The position numbers and the translations under genes are program-made. DNA of 64,000 nt from Acidobacteriota bacterium. Lineage in GTDB: Bacteria; Acidobacteriota; UBA6911; RPQK01; JAJDTT01. The notes beneath the pieces were generated by a model, which did not search any database, was not told the origin of the DNA, and was given only the letters and a program-made list of their open reading frames with translations. The first letter of the stretch is position 1; the number at the start of each line of letters is the position of its first letter. Positions 1-10,146 of this stretch are shown here, piece after piece. The stretch spans positions 1,920,001 through 1,984,000 of the forward strand of contig OZ242374.1 of the NCBI GenBank assembly GCA_965209055.1, given 5' to 3'.

Positions 1-735
1 TATTTCGAAGCCAGGGGACCCGCTCATGAACCGACCGTGATTTGCAGCGCCGTCTCCCGGGATCAGTTGGAGTGGGAGTACGAGGGCGTCCGGCTCCGTT
101 CCCAAGGAGGCGTCGGGGCGCCCCGTTATGTTCCCCTTCCCCAGGGAGGAGCGCGCCTCTACTGCTGCGCCTCGGAATACGGTCCCGGCGGACCGGGCCG
201 CAGCGAACGGGTGGCCCACCACGTGGTGAGCGCAGTGACTCGCGACGGCCTCGACTTCGAGTGGGAGTCCGGCGTTCGGCTACGGGACCTGCGCGGGGAG
301 ACGGACGAAATAGGAATCACGGCGGCCGACGTGATCCCGCCGCGGCGGGCCGGAGGGGATTGGGTCATGGTCTTCTCGGCGTGGCAGGACCTCCCGCCCG
401 GGGCCGTCGCTCCTCCGCATCCCAGCGAGGAGGTGGACGCCGTGGCGAGCGGCAGCAGCCGCGACTTCGCCGCGGCCTCCATCGCAGCCGACATGGCCGG
501 TTACCGGTCGCGCATCTACACCGCCACCTCCAGGGACGGCCTCCTCTGGGAGAGGCGGACCTGCATCGTCGAGGGAGCCGGCTACGGCGGTCCGGGACCG
601 GATGCGGTCCATGCCGAGGACATGTCGGTGATCCGGCTCGGCGGGAACCGTTACCGGATGTACTACGCCGCCTGCGACCAAGAAGGGACCTGGAGAGTCG
701 CCAGTGCGGTGACTTCCTGCGAATCATCCGGTTGA
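1..735 (+). CDS. Beta-propeller glycoside hydrolase-like protein (GH43/GH32-type blades), 5'-truncated by the window edge
   Basis: The frame is open from base 1. Repeated blade motifs (SRDQLEWE, TRDGLDFEWE, SRDGLLWER) plus YRMYY. Confidence 0.6.
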   Translation, partial: YFEARGPAHEPTVICSAVSRDQLEWEYEGVRLRSQGGVGAPRYVPLPQGGARLYCCASEYGPGGPGRSERVAHHVVSAVTRDGLDFEWESGVRLRDLRGETDEIGITAADVIPPRRAGGDWVMVFSAWQDLPPGAVAPPHPSEEVDAVASGSSRDFAAASIAADMAGYRSRIYTATSRDGLLWERRTCIVEGAGYGGPGPDAVHAEDMSVIRLGGNRYRMYYAACDQEGTWRVASAVTSCESSG

Positions 736-791
736 ACCGGGCCGCGGGTCCAGGGTTTCAATTCGGACCCCCATCAAGGATGATGGCGCAC

Positions 792-3700
792 ATGAAGAGA
801 AAGAATGGGTTCCTGTTCCGCCGGGTCGTGCCTGTTTTGTGCCTGGCGCTGCCGGTGTCCTGCGGTCCCGAACCGGCTGAGACGCCCGAGGAACGTTTCA
901 AGCGGATCGTGGACATCTCCCGGGACGATGCCGCCCTCGGCGAGTACCTGAAGAAGGTTCCTCCCAAGACGCCGGCCGAAGCCCTCGAGACCTTCGAGAC
1001 GGCAGACGGGTTCCGGTTGGAGCTGGTGGCGCACGAGCCCATGGTGAACGAGCCGGTGGCGGCCACGTTCGACGAGAACGGGCGCATGTACGTCGCCGAG
1101 TTGAGACACTATCCCTACCAGCCGGGTGATGGCGAGGCGCCCCGGGGACAGGTCCGGCTGCTGGAGGACCAGGACGGGGACGGCCGCTTCGAGGTCAGCC
1201 ACGTCTTTGCCGACGGGTTGATCTGGCCCACCGGCGTCGCCGTCTGGAAACAGGGGGTCTACGTCTCCGCACCTCCCCACGTCTACTACATGAAGGACAC
1301 CGACGGCGACGGGAAGGCCGACGTCCGGGAGGTCGTCTTCACCGGATTCGGCGTCACCAACGAACAACAGATGGTGAACAACCTGATCTGGGGCGTGGAC
1401 CACAAGATCTACGCCTCGACGGGCGGCGACGGCGGCTACATCCGGCCGGGAGACCAGCCGGAGGCCGAGCCCATCTCCGTCTACGACCGGGATTTCCGGT
1501 TCCACCCCGTGACCCGTGACCTGGAGTTGACCACCCAGACATTCCAGTTCGGACACAGTTTCGACGACTGGTACAACCGCTACGTCTGCACCGCGGGTTC
1601 GTCGGGCCGGCACGTGGTCATGCCCGGCGGCTACCTGCAGCGCAACCCCTATCTCTTCTTCGACCTGCACGGCTTCCACTGGGAGGGACACGGCTCCCTG
1701 GAGGTGAATCCACTGGTGCGCGGATCGACCCGGGTCTACAAGATCAGTCCCGTCGAGCTCTGGCGGACCATCCGGGAAGCCCGCCGTGTCTTCGCGGGGC
1801 GGAGCAATCGCAGCGCCGGCGTGGGACACGACTACCAGACCGCCGGCGCCGGGGTGCAGATCTACCGGGGTCACGCCTATCCCGAAGATTACCGGGGAAG
1901 CCTCTTCATCGGCGCCAACACCGCCAACCTGCTGCACCGGAGAGTCCTGGAGGAGGACGGGGTGAGCTTCAGATCGGTGAGGGGCGAGCCGGAGAACGTG
2001 GAGATGGTCCGTTCCACCGACAACTGGTTTCGCCCCGTGAACTCGGTCAATGCGCCCGACGGAACGCTCTACATTCTGGACATGTACCGGGAGTTGATCG
2101 AGGCGGCCCACGTCCCGGCCCGCGTGGTCAAGCATCTGGATTTCACCCGGGGTCAGGAACATGGCCGCATCTACCGGCTGGAGCCCGACGGGTTCCAGGT
2201 CCCGCCGCGGCCGCGTCTGGGGGAGGCCGCCACGAGGGAACTGGTCGGCCACCTGGAGCACCCGGGAGGCTGGTGGCGGGAAACGGCCCACCGGCTCATC
2301 TACGAACGCCAGGACCGGTCGGCGGTTCCCCATCTGGTCCGGCTTTTGAACGAAAGCGAGAAGCCGCTGGCCCGAATGCACGCCCTCTGGTCACTGAACG
2401 GACTGGGAGCTCTGAAGGACACCCATCTGATCCAGGCCCTGGCCGACCCGTCACCGGGAGTCCGGGTACACGCCGTGCAACTGTCCGAGGCCCGTTTCGG
2501 CCGCTCCCGGTCTCTGTTCCGAAAGGTGCTGGCGCTGGCCGAAGACGACCACCCCAAGGTGCGTTTTCGGGTTGCCTTGGCCTTGGGTGAGGTCCGGGAC
2601 CGCCGGCCCATTTCCGGACTGGTTCGGATCGCCGAGCGGGACTCGGGCGACCGCTGGACTCGAAATGCCGTTCTGAGTTCCAGCAGCGAGATCGCCGACC
2701 GGATTTTCGTCCGGCTGTTGGAGACGGAGGGTTTTACTGCCAAGCCGGAGGCCGGAGCCTGGTTGGAGCCGCTGGCCCGCACCGTGGGGGCCCGCAACAA
2801 CGCCTCGGAGATCCGGCGGCTCGCCGGGGCGGCGGCCACCCACGCGGCCATGTCCGATACCGTGCGGATGCAGCAGGTGGTGGTCACCGGACTGGCGGAG
2901 GGCCTGGCCATCTCCAACCAGTCTCTCGCCCGGGTCCGAAGTCTTTCGCGCCCGGCCGCCCGGATGATACGGGACCTCATGAGCAGGGTTGCGGAAATGG
3001 CTGGAGACGAGTCGGTCCCCGTGGAGGAGCGTCTGGAGGCCATTCGACTCCTGGCCCACGGCGCCTTCCCGCAGGTGCGGGACTCTCTCGCCAAACTTGT
3101 GGAGTCCAGCCAGACCCAGGCGGTGCAGCTCGCCGGGATCGAGGCCCTGGAGCGTCACGACGCCCCCGAAATCGCCGGCATCCTGCTCCAGGATTGGACG
3201 GCTCAGACGCCCGACGTTCGGAACCGGGTTCTGACCGGCCTCCTCTCCCGGAGGCCCTGGACGCGCGCACTGCTTCAGGCCGTTCAGGAGGAACGGGTCG
3301 CCGCCGGCCAGCTCAACTCCAGCCGCCGTGAACTCCTCATGAACCATGACGACGAGGCGATCCGGGATCAGGCCAAGACCCTTTTCGCCTCCCGGACGGA
3401 CGGCACGCGGCAGCAGGCCCTGGCCGACTACCAGGTCGCGCTGACCCTCGAGGGAGACCGGACTCACGGAGAAGCGGTCTACCGGCGCGAGTGCGTCCAG
3501 TGCCACCGTCTCTCTTCCACGGAGCACCTGGTGGGGCCCAACCTGATCATGGGCTCCTACAAGGACCCTGAGCCGCTTCTAACCAATATTCTCGATCCCA
3601 ACCGGTTCGTGGAGCCCCAATATCTCCAGTACGTGGTGACCGACCGGCAGCGGCGCCTCTTCACGGGCATCATCACCGACCAGAACTCGGAGAGCATCAC

Positions 3701-3971
3701 CTTGATGGAGGGGGAAGACGTCCGGAACACCGTGTTGCGCAAGGACATCCTGGAGATGCGGGCCACCGGCAAGTCGCTCATGCCGGAGGGTCTCGAAGAG
3801 AACGTCACCCCCCAGGAGATGGCCGATCTCATGCGGTTCATACTGGATTACCAGTACGTGATCGGAACCGAGAGCGCCGGCTACGGGCCGGGATATGAGA
3901 TCTACGAGCCGCTGGCCACCCGCCGCTGGAGACCCCCCGAGGAGGAGAGACGAGAGATCAGGGATCGGTAG
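792..3971 (+). CDS. PVC-type membrane-bound dehydrogenase / heme-binding CxxCH protein (lipoprotein)
   Basis: Lipobox LPVSC, N-terminal propeller (FDENGRMYVAE, WFRPVN), HEAT-like middle, C-terminal CVQCH heme motif and KSLMPEGLE. Start reassigned from 42 to MKRKNG. Confidence 0.85.
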   Translation: MKRKNGFLFRRVVPVLCLALPVSCGPEPAETPEERFKRIVDISRDDAALGEYLKKVPPKTPAEALETFETADGFRLELVAHEPMVNEPVAATFDENGRMYVAELRHYPYQPGDGEAPRGQVRLLEDQDGDGRFEVSHVFADGLIWPTGVAVWKQGVYVSAPPHVYYMKDTDGDGKADVREVVFTGFGVTNEQQMVNNLIWGVDHKIYASTGGDGGYIRPGDQPEAEPISVYDRDFRFHPVTRDLELTTQTFQFGHSFDDWYNRYVCTAGSSGRHVVMPGGYLQRNPYLFFDLHGFHWEGHGSLEVNPLVRGSTRVYKISPVELWRTIREARRVFAGRSNRSAGVGHDYQTAGAGVQIYRGHAYPEDYRGSLFIGANTANLLHRRVLEEDGVSFRSVRGEPENVEMVRSTDNWFRPVNSVNAPDGTLYILDMYRELIEAAHVPARVVKHLDFTRGQEHGRIYRLEPDGFQVPPRPRLGEAATRELVGHLEHPGGWWRETAHRLIYERQDRSAVPHLVRLLNESEKPLARMHALWSLNGLGALKDTHLIQALADPSPGVRVHAVQLSEARFGRSRSLFRKVLALAEDDHPKVRFRVALALGEVRDRRPISGLVRIAERDSGDRWTRNAVLSSSSEIADRIFVRLLETEGFTAKPEAGAWLEPLARTVGARNNASEIRRLAGAAATHAAMSDTVRMQQVVVTGLAEGLAISNQSLARVRSLSRPAARMIRDLMSRVAEMAGDESVPVEERLEAIRLLAHGAFPQVRDSLAKLVESSQTQAVQLAGIEALERHDAPEIAGILLQDWTAQTPDVRNRVLTGLLSRRPWTRALLQAVQEERVAAGQLNSSRRELLMNHDDEAIRDQAKTLFASRTDGTRQQALADYQVALTLEGDRTHGEAVYRRECVQCHRLSSTEHLVGPNLIMGSYKDPEPLLTNILDPNRFVEPQYLQYVVTDRQRRLFTGIITDQNSESITLMEGEDVRNTVLRKDILEMRATGKSLMPEGLEENVTPQEMADLMRFILDYQYVIGTESAGYGPGYEIYEPLATRRWRPPEEERREIRDR

Positions 3972-3976
3972 GGGCA

Positions 3977-4003
3977 GGAGTGGGGACATTCCTGTCCCCA
4001 CTC
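3977..4003. repeat. GGAG-tagged hairpin (11-bp stem, TTCC loop), possible bidirectional terminator
   Basis: GAGTGGGGACA-TTCC-TGTCCCCACTC between convergent genes, followed by a pyrimidine tract. Confidence 0.75.
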
Positions 4004-4004
4004 T

Positions 4005-5963
4005 TCACTCTTCTCTCTTTTCTTCTCCCGCTATCGGAACGACCACCGGAGGCTCCTGCCAGCCCTCCTCGATTCCGTCGACTCCCTGAACTCGAAACCG
4101 GCCCTGAGCCAGATCGAACTCCGCCGAGACACCGTTGGCGTACTCGACCCGCTGCCGGGTGCGGTCGCCGTCCAGGAACTGGTGGCTGGTCATCTCGGCG
4201 TATCCCACCGACTGAAAGTAGGCATGCCAGAGGCGGAGCCATTCCAGGCGCCGCTTCATGGCGCCGGTCTCCCAATGGTGCTTTTCAATCAGTGCTTCTC
4301 CTCCCGGAAGCCAGTTGTGGGAGGGCATGGCCCCGTACATGAGTTCGTAGAGCCGGGGGTGGCGGTCGGCGTACCAGTCATACTTGGGGGCGAAATAGTA
4401 GCCGCCGCCCGAGAAGTGCGCCGCGTAGCAGTCGTTGAAGGCCAACTGGAACAGCGGGATCGGTTCGCCTTCCCGAAGCCGGTCCCGGGACCAGTCGGTA
4501 AAGAAGAAGTAGTCGCTCTCCCCCATGCACCAGAAACGGGCCAACTCGGCGCCGGGGACGATTCCCCGCCGCCGGGCCTCCCGGAACGTCTCCACCTGCG
4601 TCTCATAGGTCATCCGGCGAGTGATGGGGCCCTCCGCCGATTGGTGTTCCGAGTGCCCCCGATGGGCGGCGTGGCCGTCGAAGTAGAGGGCATCCATTCT
4701 CAATCCCTTGGCCTGGACGTGATCCAGCAGGGCCTTGAGGGCTTCCAACGCGTAAGCGTCGCTGAACCGGGGGAAATCGACGCCGCTGAGCTTGGACGGG
4801 TCGTAGTGGGGTGCGTCCTCGTGGAAGACGTGGGGCATGACGAAGAACTTGACGGAGCACCCCAGGGCGTGGGCCTGCTCCTCCAGCCGGCGGGCCGCCG
4901 GCCATCCCCCGGCCACCGTCGGCTCTTCTCTCAGGTACTCCTGCCAGCCGGCCGGCGTCCTCTCCCCCGCCGGCCACTTGGGGTGAAAGAAGGTGACCGG
5001 GAGACCCGCGGCCTGGAAGCGGCGGATGTTCTCCAGCACCTGCGGGTGGTGCTCCGGGTTCCACTCGATGAGCCGGTATTCAATCCCCGAGAGGAACCGT
5101 TTCAAGCCCGGTTCGGAGGCCATGCGATCACTCAGGGAGGGCAGGGGACGGGTGGCCTCCACGTGCCGCCGGTAGGCTTTGGCCATGTCCACGTGGTCCT
5201 GTTCCCGGTCGAAGACCCAAAAAGCCCGCCGGGGGTAGCTCAGACTGTCCAACGAGGCCTTCCAGTCCAGGGCGATCCGGGAGCGCCGGCCCGGATCGTG
5301 ATCCACGCGGACGGCCGCGTTCCACCAGGTGTCGACGATGGTGTAGGCCGCCCGCCCGCCCGCCACCAGTCCGACCATGGGCAGGCTGTACTCGGCTCCA
5401 AGAAGGCCGGTGAGAGACACCGGGCCGGCAGAGTCGGACCGGATCAGGTATCCGGAGCCCCAGGGGACCACCAGCCAGGACGACGGGTCCGGCTCCAGGG
5501 CCAACGTGTACAGGTCAAAGACCTCCCGGATCACGTCGTTGCCCCCCGCCTGCGACACCTGGACGTGGAGCCGGCCTTGCCGGTCCAGAGCCACGTCGCA
5601 CCCCAGGACGGCGTCGGTATCTTCCCATCCGCTCAGCCGGACCCGGTAGCCTTCCAGTTCGCCCTCCCGGTACTCTTCCGCTCGTTGCCGGGCTGCACCC
5701 TTGCAGCTCAGGGTGCGCGGACTGTTCTGCTCCGGAGAACCGGAAGCCCGGACCTCGACGCCGGGCGTCTCCGATCTCCACGTGGGAGTGGGTTCCGAGC
5801 CGTAGTAGACCGAGAGCGACAGGTCCCGGTCGATGCCGAGCGTCAGTTCGCCGCTTTCCAGCTCGAGCCAGTGCCGAGACTCCCGGACCGAATCACCCCC
5901 ACAGGCGGGGAGCAGGAAGAGGAGGAGAATCGGAAGCCGGCGGAATGCGTTGCTGATGTTCAT
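4005..5963 (-). CDS. Secreted putative glycoside hydrolase (DUF5696/GH101-like), lipoprotein
   Basis: Lipobox LLPAC, VVPWGSGYLI, DMAKAYR, DALYFDG, EPIPLFQLAFND and C-terminal HQFLDGDRTRQRVEYANG. Confidence 0.55.
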   Translation of the reverse strand: MNISNAFRRLPILLLFLLPACGGDSVRESRHWLELESGELTLGIDRDLSLSVYYGSEPTPTWRSETPGVEVRASGSPEQNSPRTLSCKGAARQRAEEYREGELEGYRVRLSGWEDTDAVLGCDVALDRQGRLHVQVSQAGGNDVIREVFDLYTLALEPDPSSWLVVPWGSGYLIRSDSAGPVSLTGLLGAEYSLPMVGLVAGGRAAYTIVDTWWNAAVRVDHDPGRRSRIALDWKASLDSLSYPRRAFWVFDREQDHVDMAKAYRRHVEATRPLPSLSDRMASEPGLKRFLSGIEYRLIEWNPEHHPQVLENIRRFQAAGLPVTFFHPKWPAGERTPAGWQEYLREEPTVAGGWPAARRLEEQAHALGCSVKFFVMPHVFHEDAPHYDPSKLSGVDFPRFSDAYALEALKALLDHVQAKGLRMDALYFDGHAAHRGHSEHQSAEGPITRRMTYETQVETFREARRRGIVPGAELARFWCMGESDYFFFTDWSRDRLREGEPIPLFQLAFNDCYAAHFSGGGYYFAPKYDWYADRHPRLYELMYGAMPSHNWLPGGEALIEKHHWETGAMKRRLEWLRLWHAYFQSVGYAEMTSHQFLDGDRTRQRVEYANGVSAEFDLAQGRFRVQGVDGIEEGWQEPPVVVPIAGEEKREE

Positions 5964-6051
5964 GGAATCACCTCGGTTCCATGGCAACATGCCTGCCGGT
6001 CCGTGGCAAGTGCGCCGTGTCCGTTTCCACCGATGGGCACGGCACGGCGTG

Positions 6052-6156
6052 GGAGGGATGATTTCCAATCGTCCGGTTTCCCTCGTTTGCTTTGGTAATA
6101 AGAATCGGCGGCTGGGAAACCGCCGCTCCAATCGGCGGCTGGGAAACCGCCGCCCC
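6052..6156. repeat. Composite hairpin repeat: one forward hairpin plus two tandem 27-bp inverted units
   Basis: GGAGGGATGATTTCCAATCGTCC, then AATCGGCGGCTGGGAAACCGCCGC(T/C)CC twice (6103-6129, 6130-6156). Confidence 0.85.
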
Positions 6157-6204
6157 CATCCCGGCATCTACTTCCGGACACGTGGGTGCGGTAGACTGCG
6201 CCGC

Positions 6205-7872
6205 ATGACCTGCAACGGGAGAAGCTCGCTGGAGAACGGGTGTCTGGCGGCTGCTGCCGTCCTCATCGTGGCCGGATTGGCCGGATGCTCTTCGCATCCG
6301 TCCCGGGACCGGGAGCCGGTCCGGATCGGCGCCGTCAAGCAGCTCTTCATCGACGACCACATCGTGGAGACCACGGCGTCCGTCTCCCGGGTCCTGAACC
6401 GGCCGGTCAAGCATCCCGGAGGACCAGTGTTGAGGCCGGAGCGCAAGTGGGAAGGAAACTTTGCCGCCGTGAGCTCCGTGATCTACGATCCCCAGGACGC
6501 CCTCTTCAAGATGTGGTACGTCCCCAGTCTGATCACGGCCGAGCGGCCTCCCGGACCCCTGGAGGAATACGAGAGCCTGCTTCGCGCCAGCAATTACCAG
6601 GAGCAACTGGACCTGTCCTGTTACGCCGTCTCCCGGGACGGGGTTCGCTGGGAGAGACCCGAGCTGGGTCTGGTGGAGTTCGAGGGCTCGGCCCGCAACA
6701 ACATCATTTCGGACCGGTCGGTCCGCTCCGAAGGCGGGCTCTACAACTCGGGCCGCGCACCCAACGCGTTCCGGGACCACAGGGAACAGGATCCGGACCG
6801 GCGCTACAAGGCCCTGGGTTACGCCCGGGCGGCGAACGGAAAGATCGGCATCTGCCTCTACTTTTCACCGGACGGGCTCGCCTGGAACGAGTATCCGGGA
6901 AACCCGGTCATGATGGGGACGGGCGACACTCACACCGTCCTGGGTTGGGACCCTTCCCGGAAAAAGTACGTGGCCTATCTGCGGCCCGGATGGAAGGACT
7001 ACGAGGAGGCCGTCGCAGCCTACGAATCCATTCCAACCGAGGTTCGAGCCGCCAGCCTGCCCTCCCACACGCTCGACCAGTTGGCGCCTGCCGCGGGAAA
7101 CCGCCGGATCCGGACCATCGGTTTCTCGTCCAGCGACGACTTCGTTCGCTGGTCGCCCATTGAACCGGCGTTGATTCCCGATTCGATGGATCCGGCGGAC
7201 CTCCAGTTCTACGGCATGCCGGCTCTGCTCTACGAAGGAATCTACCTGGGGTTTCCCTGGGTGTTCCGAACCAACAGCCTGACCATGGAGAGCCATTTCG
7301 CCTACAGCCGCGCCGGCCGGGAATTCCGGCGCCTCCCGGACCGGGGCCCCTTCATTCCGCTTGGAGCCAACGGCACGTGGGACGACGGCTGCGTCTATGT
7401 CCGGCAGCCCATCGTGCACGACGGCACGATCTGGTTCTTCTACCTGGGCGTCAACTGGCGCCACGGTGTGGAGGATTTGTTGGCGGAGGGAGAGAACGCC
7501 GAGGCGGCTGTGGGACTGGCCACCCTTCCCCTGGACGGCTTCGTCTCGCTGGACGCCGGTCCCAATGCAGGGACGGTGACCACCCGCCCGCTGATATTCG
7601 AAGGAAGCCGCCTGCTGGTGAGCTTCGAGGATTCGCAAAAGGGGTCGGCCGGCGTGGACCACCACTCTTCCCTGAGGGTGGAGGTGCTGAACTCTCAAGG
7701 AGAACCGCTGGAGGGTTTCGGTCTGGAGGAGATGGATCCGGTCACCCGCACCGTCGCCGCCCAACCGGTCTCCTGGGCCGGATCGTCCGATCTGTCGGCC
7801 CTGGCCGGCCAGCCGGTTCAATTGCGTTTCCACCTGCGCAACGGCAAGTTCTATTCCTTCCGGTTTCAGTAG
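6205..7872 (+). CDS. Five-bladed beta-propeller glycoside hydrolase-like lipoprotein
   Basis: Lipobox LAGC, QLFIDD, SRDGVRWERPELG, SPDGLAW, DGFVSL and C-terminal LRFHLRNGKFYSFRF. Confidence 0.7.
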   Translation: MTCNGRSSLENGCLAAAAVLIVAGLAGCSSHPSRDREPVRIGAVKQLFIDDHIVETTASVSRVLNRPVKHPGGPVLRPERKWEGNFAAVSSVIYDPQDALFKMWYVPSLITAERPPGPLEEYESLLRASNYQEQLDLSCYAVSRDGVRWERPELGLVEFEGSARNNIISDRSVRSEGGLYNSGRAPNAFRDHREQDPDRRYKALGYARAANGKIGICLYFSPDGLAWNEYPGNPVMMGTGDTHTVLGWDPSRKKYVAYLRPGWKDYEEAVAAYESIPTEVRAASLPSHTLDQLAPAAGNRRIRTIGFSSSDDFVRWSPIEPALIPDSMDPADLQFYGMPALLYEGIYLGFPWVFRTNSLTMESHFAYSRAGREFRRLPDRGPFIPLGANGTWDDGCVYVRQPIVHDGTIWFFYLGVNWRHGVEDLLAEGENAEAAVGLATLPLDGFVSLDAGPNAGTVTTRPLIFEGSRLLVSFEDSQKGSAGVDHHSSLRVEVLNSQGEPLEGFGLEEMDPVTRTVAAQPVSWAGSSDLSALAGQPVQLRFHLRNGKFYSFRFQ

Positions 7873-7929
7873 GATCGAGCTTGCCGTCATGGCATCTCCC
7901 GAGGAGAAAACCTCCCCCGCGGGAGTCGT

Positions 7930-8568
7930 TCAGAGGAATTCGTAACCAATCTTCCGACATGCATGTCGGATCGGCTCGATCAACATCGGGCTGCTCAACT
8001 TGCCGTGGAAGCCGGGTGTCTCCGGGAACGGATTGACGGCGAGGACGCGTTCATAGAGTGCGATCACAGGCCGATTGGTGAGCGAGGAGGGGTAGTAGAG
8101 CCCATGTATGCTGCGGTAGCGTTCGTGCAACGCACGCGACCAGTTCTGGGAGTAGATGGCCGGTCCGCTGACCAGTTTCATGGAGCCGCCGGCTCGGACG
8201 CAGAAAGTGCCGGTCAGATCGAGCAATGACAGGTCGTTAGCCAGCTTGAAAGACACCAGCCAGGGCCGCTGAAGAAATCTGTCGACGGTCCGCCGTTCTT
8301 GGAACACTTCCGCCAGCGCGGTCGAAACATCGACGGCAAGATACAGGATGCCGCGCGTCTGTTCTTGAGATCTCTCCGCGTCGTCGGGGTGGTGGTGATC
8401 GAAACGAGCCGAGGTCGGCCCGTAGTGTCGGAACCGGCGCCACTGGGTCGGATGTTCACCGCCGCGCCGATAGATTCGGTGTAGCGGAGTCCCGCTGCGA
8501 AGTGAGACCAAGCTCGGAGGAAGGCGCTGGAGTCTGACCGGATCTGGTCTGTTCGGAAGTTTGGCCAT
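7930..8568 (-). CDS. RES-domain toxin
   Basis: R-E-S pattern in HRIYR / RFDHH, TALAEVF and GLYYPSS. Lies downstream of an HTH antitoxin-like gene. Confidence 0.8.
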   Translation of the reverse strand: MAKLPNRPDPVRLQRLPPSLVSLRSGTPLHRIYRRGGEHPTQWRRFRHYGPTSARFDHHHPDDAERSQEQTRGILYLAVDVSTALAEVFQERRTVDRFLQRPWLVSFKLANDLSLLDLTGTFCVRAGGSMKLVSGPAIYSQNWSRALHERYRSIHGLYYPSSLTNRPVIALYERVLAVNPFPETPGFHGKLSSPMLIEPIRHACRKIGYEFL

Positions 8569-9325
8569 GGCGCCCCCTCATGCGGTTGGCGAGAAACACC
8601 ACTCGCTCGGCGTCGTATCCTCCCTTCAGCCATTCCAGTGGTCGGATGGTGTGATCGATGTCCTCATCCAGGTACAGATCCAGATTCGGCAAGTGGTACC
8701 AGTTGTACACCTCAACAGGATGCAGATCACTCGGGAGCGCCTTGTTGACTCCCGCGATGTTGGACACCAACCGGTTACCCTGAAACTGGAAGTCCGGAAC
8801 GTAACGGCGATGGCCGATCAGAAAGCTGTACAGCGATCGATCTCCGATCATCTGGCGAATCCGGCCCGGGCTCAGTCCGAGCCGACGGCTCGCAGCCTTG
8901 CTCGAAAGGCTCCGCGTGACGATGGCGGCATATTTGACGGTGGTCTGAGCCAGTGGATCAGGCCCCGGCTGCGGCTCCAGGACCAGACCCCCTTGACGAA
9001 GGACGTCCTGCTCCTCGACCGTCAGCTCTCGAGTGGCGTTGCCGTAGACCGTCGGTTCCATTTGTTCGAGAACGAGCATCAGGGCATGTTTCGCGGCAGA
9101 TTGGACGGTGGTCTGAGCCAGTGGATCAGGCTCCGGCTGCGGTTCCAGGACCAGACAGCCTTGACGAGGGACGTCTTGCTCCACGGCCCGCATTTCCCGA
9201 GTGACGTCGCCATAGACCGTCGGCTCCATCTGTTCGAGAACGAGCATCAGAGCCTGGTTCAGCGATTCATATGAAGTTTCCCGGAAACCTCGTGCGGCGA
9301 AGTAGCTCTCGGGAAGAGATTTCAT
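8456..9325 (-). CDS. Antitoxin-like HTH protein (partner of the RES toxin) with an internal 56-aa duplication
   Basis: AAGGAG RBS before MKSLPESY, HTH-like AASRRLGLSPGRIRQ, PDFQF and RPLEWL motifs. Confidence 0.7.
   Translation of the reverse strand: MKSLPESYFAARGFRETSYESLNQALMLVLEQMEPTVYGDVTREMRAVEQDVPRQGCLVLEPQPEPDPLAQTTVQSAAKHALMLVLEQMEPTVYGNATRELTVEEQDVLRQGGLVLEPQPGPDPLAQTTVKYAAIVTRSLSSKAASRRLGLSPGRIRQMIGDRSLYSFLIGHRRYVPDFQFQGNRLVSNIAGVNKALPSDLHPVEVYNWYHLPNLDLYLDEDIDHTIRPLEWLKGGYDAERVVFLANRMRGRHGQTSEQTRSGQTPAPSSELGLTSQRDSATPNLSARR
8936..9250. repeat. 168-bp-period in-frame tandem duplication
   Basis: 8936-9082 is nearly identical to 9104-9250. Confidence 0.9.
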
Positions 9326-9477
9326 GCCGATCTCCTTGGGATGCAGATTCGAGCGCTGTTGATTTTGGCTAGTGTATACCATCGTCCCAACGGGTCGATC
9401 TTGCGAATCGGCGGTCGCGGGGAGGGCGTGTGGAATTGTCGAGCCTCCTCCGCAAACCCGGCTGTTTTCGTCCCCTC

Positions 9478-10146
9478 TTACAGTAACGACGCCGACCCGG
9501 AAGTGACGATCCGGCCTTGGTTGAGCAGGATCGTTCGGCTGGCCAGGCGGAGGACCGCCTCGCGGACGTGACTCACGATCAGGGTGGGGATTCGCCACTC
9601 GTCGATGACCCGGGCGATGTAGTCCAGGATGCGGTCCCGAAGGGGTTCGTCCAGCGCGGCCGTGGGTTCATCCAGGAGCAGGAATTCCGGATGGATCAAC
9701 AGGGCCCGGCCCAACGCCACCCGTTGCTGCTCACCGCCCGAGAGGTTGCGGGGGTAGCGTTTCAGCAGGCGCTCCAGATCCAGGACCTCCACCAGCCGGT
9801 CGAAGCGGATCCCGTCCCCCGGCCTTCCATTTTGCCTGCGGCCGAAGCGGAGGTTGCTCTCCACGGTGAGGTGCGGGAACAGGCGCCGGTCCTGGAAGAC
9901 GAACCCGATGCGGCGCCGCTCGGGAGGCACCATGATTCGCCGCTGCCGGTCCAGGACCACTTTGCGGCCGACTTCGATGCGTCCCTGCTGAGGTTGCTTC
10001 AGACCCGCGATCATCTCCAGAATCGTGGTTTTTCCGCTCCCGGAGGGGCCGCAGAGAGCCGTCACCAACTGGTCCGTCTCGAACTCGGCCTCAAGAAGGA
10101 ACCCGGTGGAGAACCGGTGGCTGGCCCGGAAGTCAAGATAGCTCAT
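9478..10146 (-). CDS. modC: Molybdate ABC transporter ATP-binding protein
   Basis: GPSGSGKT, LSGGEQQRVALGRAL and LLLDEP. Follows modB. Confidence 0.9.
   Translation of the reverse strand: MSYLDFRASHRFSTGFLLEAEFETDQLVTALCGPSGSGKTTILEMIAGLKQPQQGRIEVGRKVVLDRQRRIMVPPERRRIGFVFQDRRLFPHLTVESNLRFGRRQNGRPGDGIRFDRLVEVLDLERLLKRYPRNLSGGEQQRVALGRALLIHPEFLLLDEPTAALDEPLRDRILDYIARVIDEWRIPTLIVSHVREAVLRLASRTILLNQGRIVTSGSASLL

Noticed and set aside
42-791. N-terminal 250 aa of the 1309-aa ORF, and similar extensions of ORFs at 5833, 17357, 22081 and 60063
   Set aside because: These extensions overlap neighbouring genes or repeats, and better starts (signal peptide, RBS or stop/start overlap) lie downstream.
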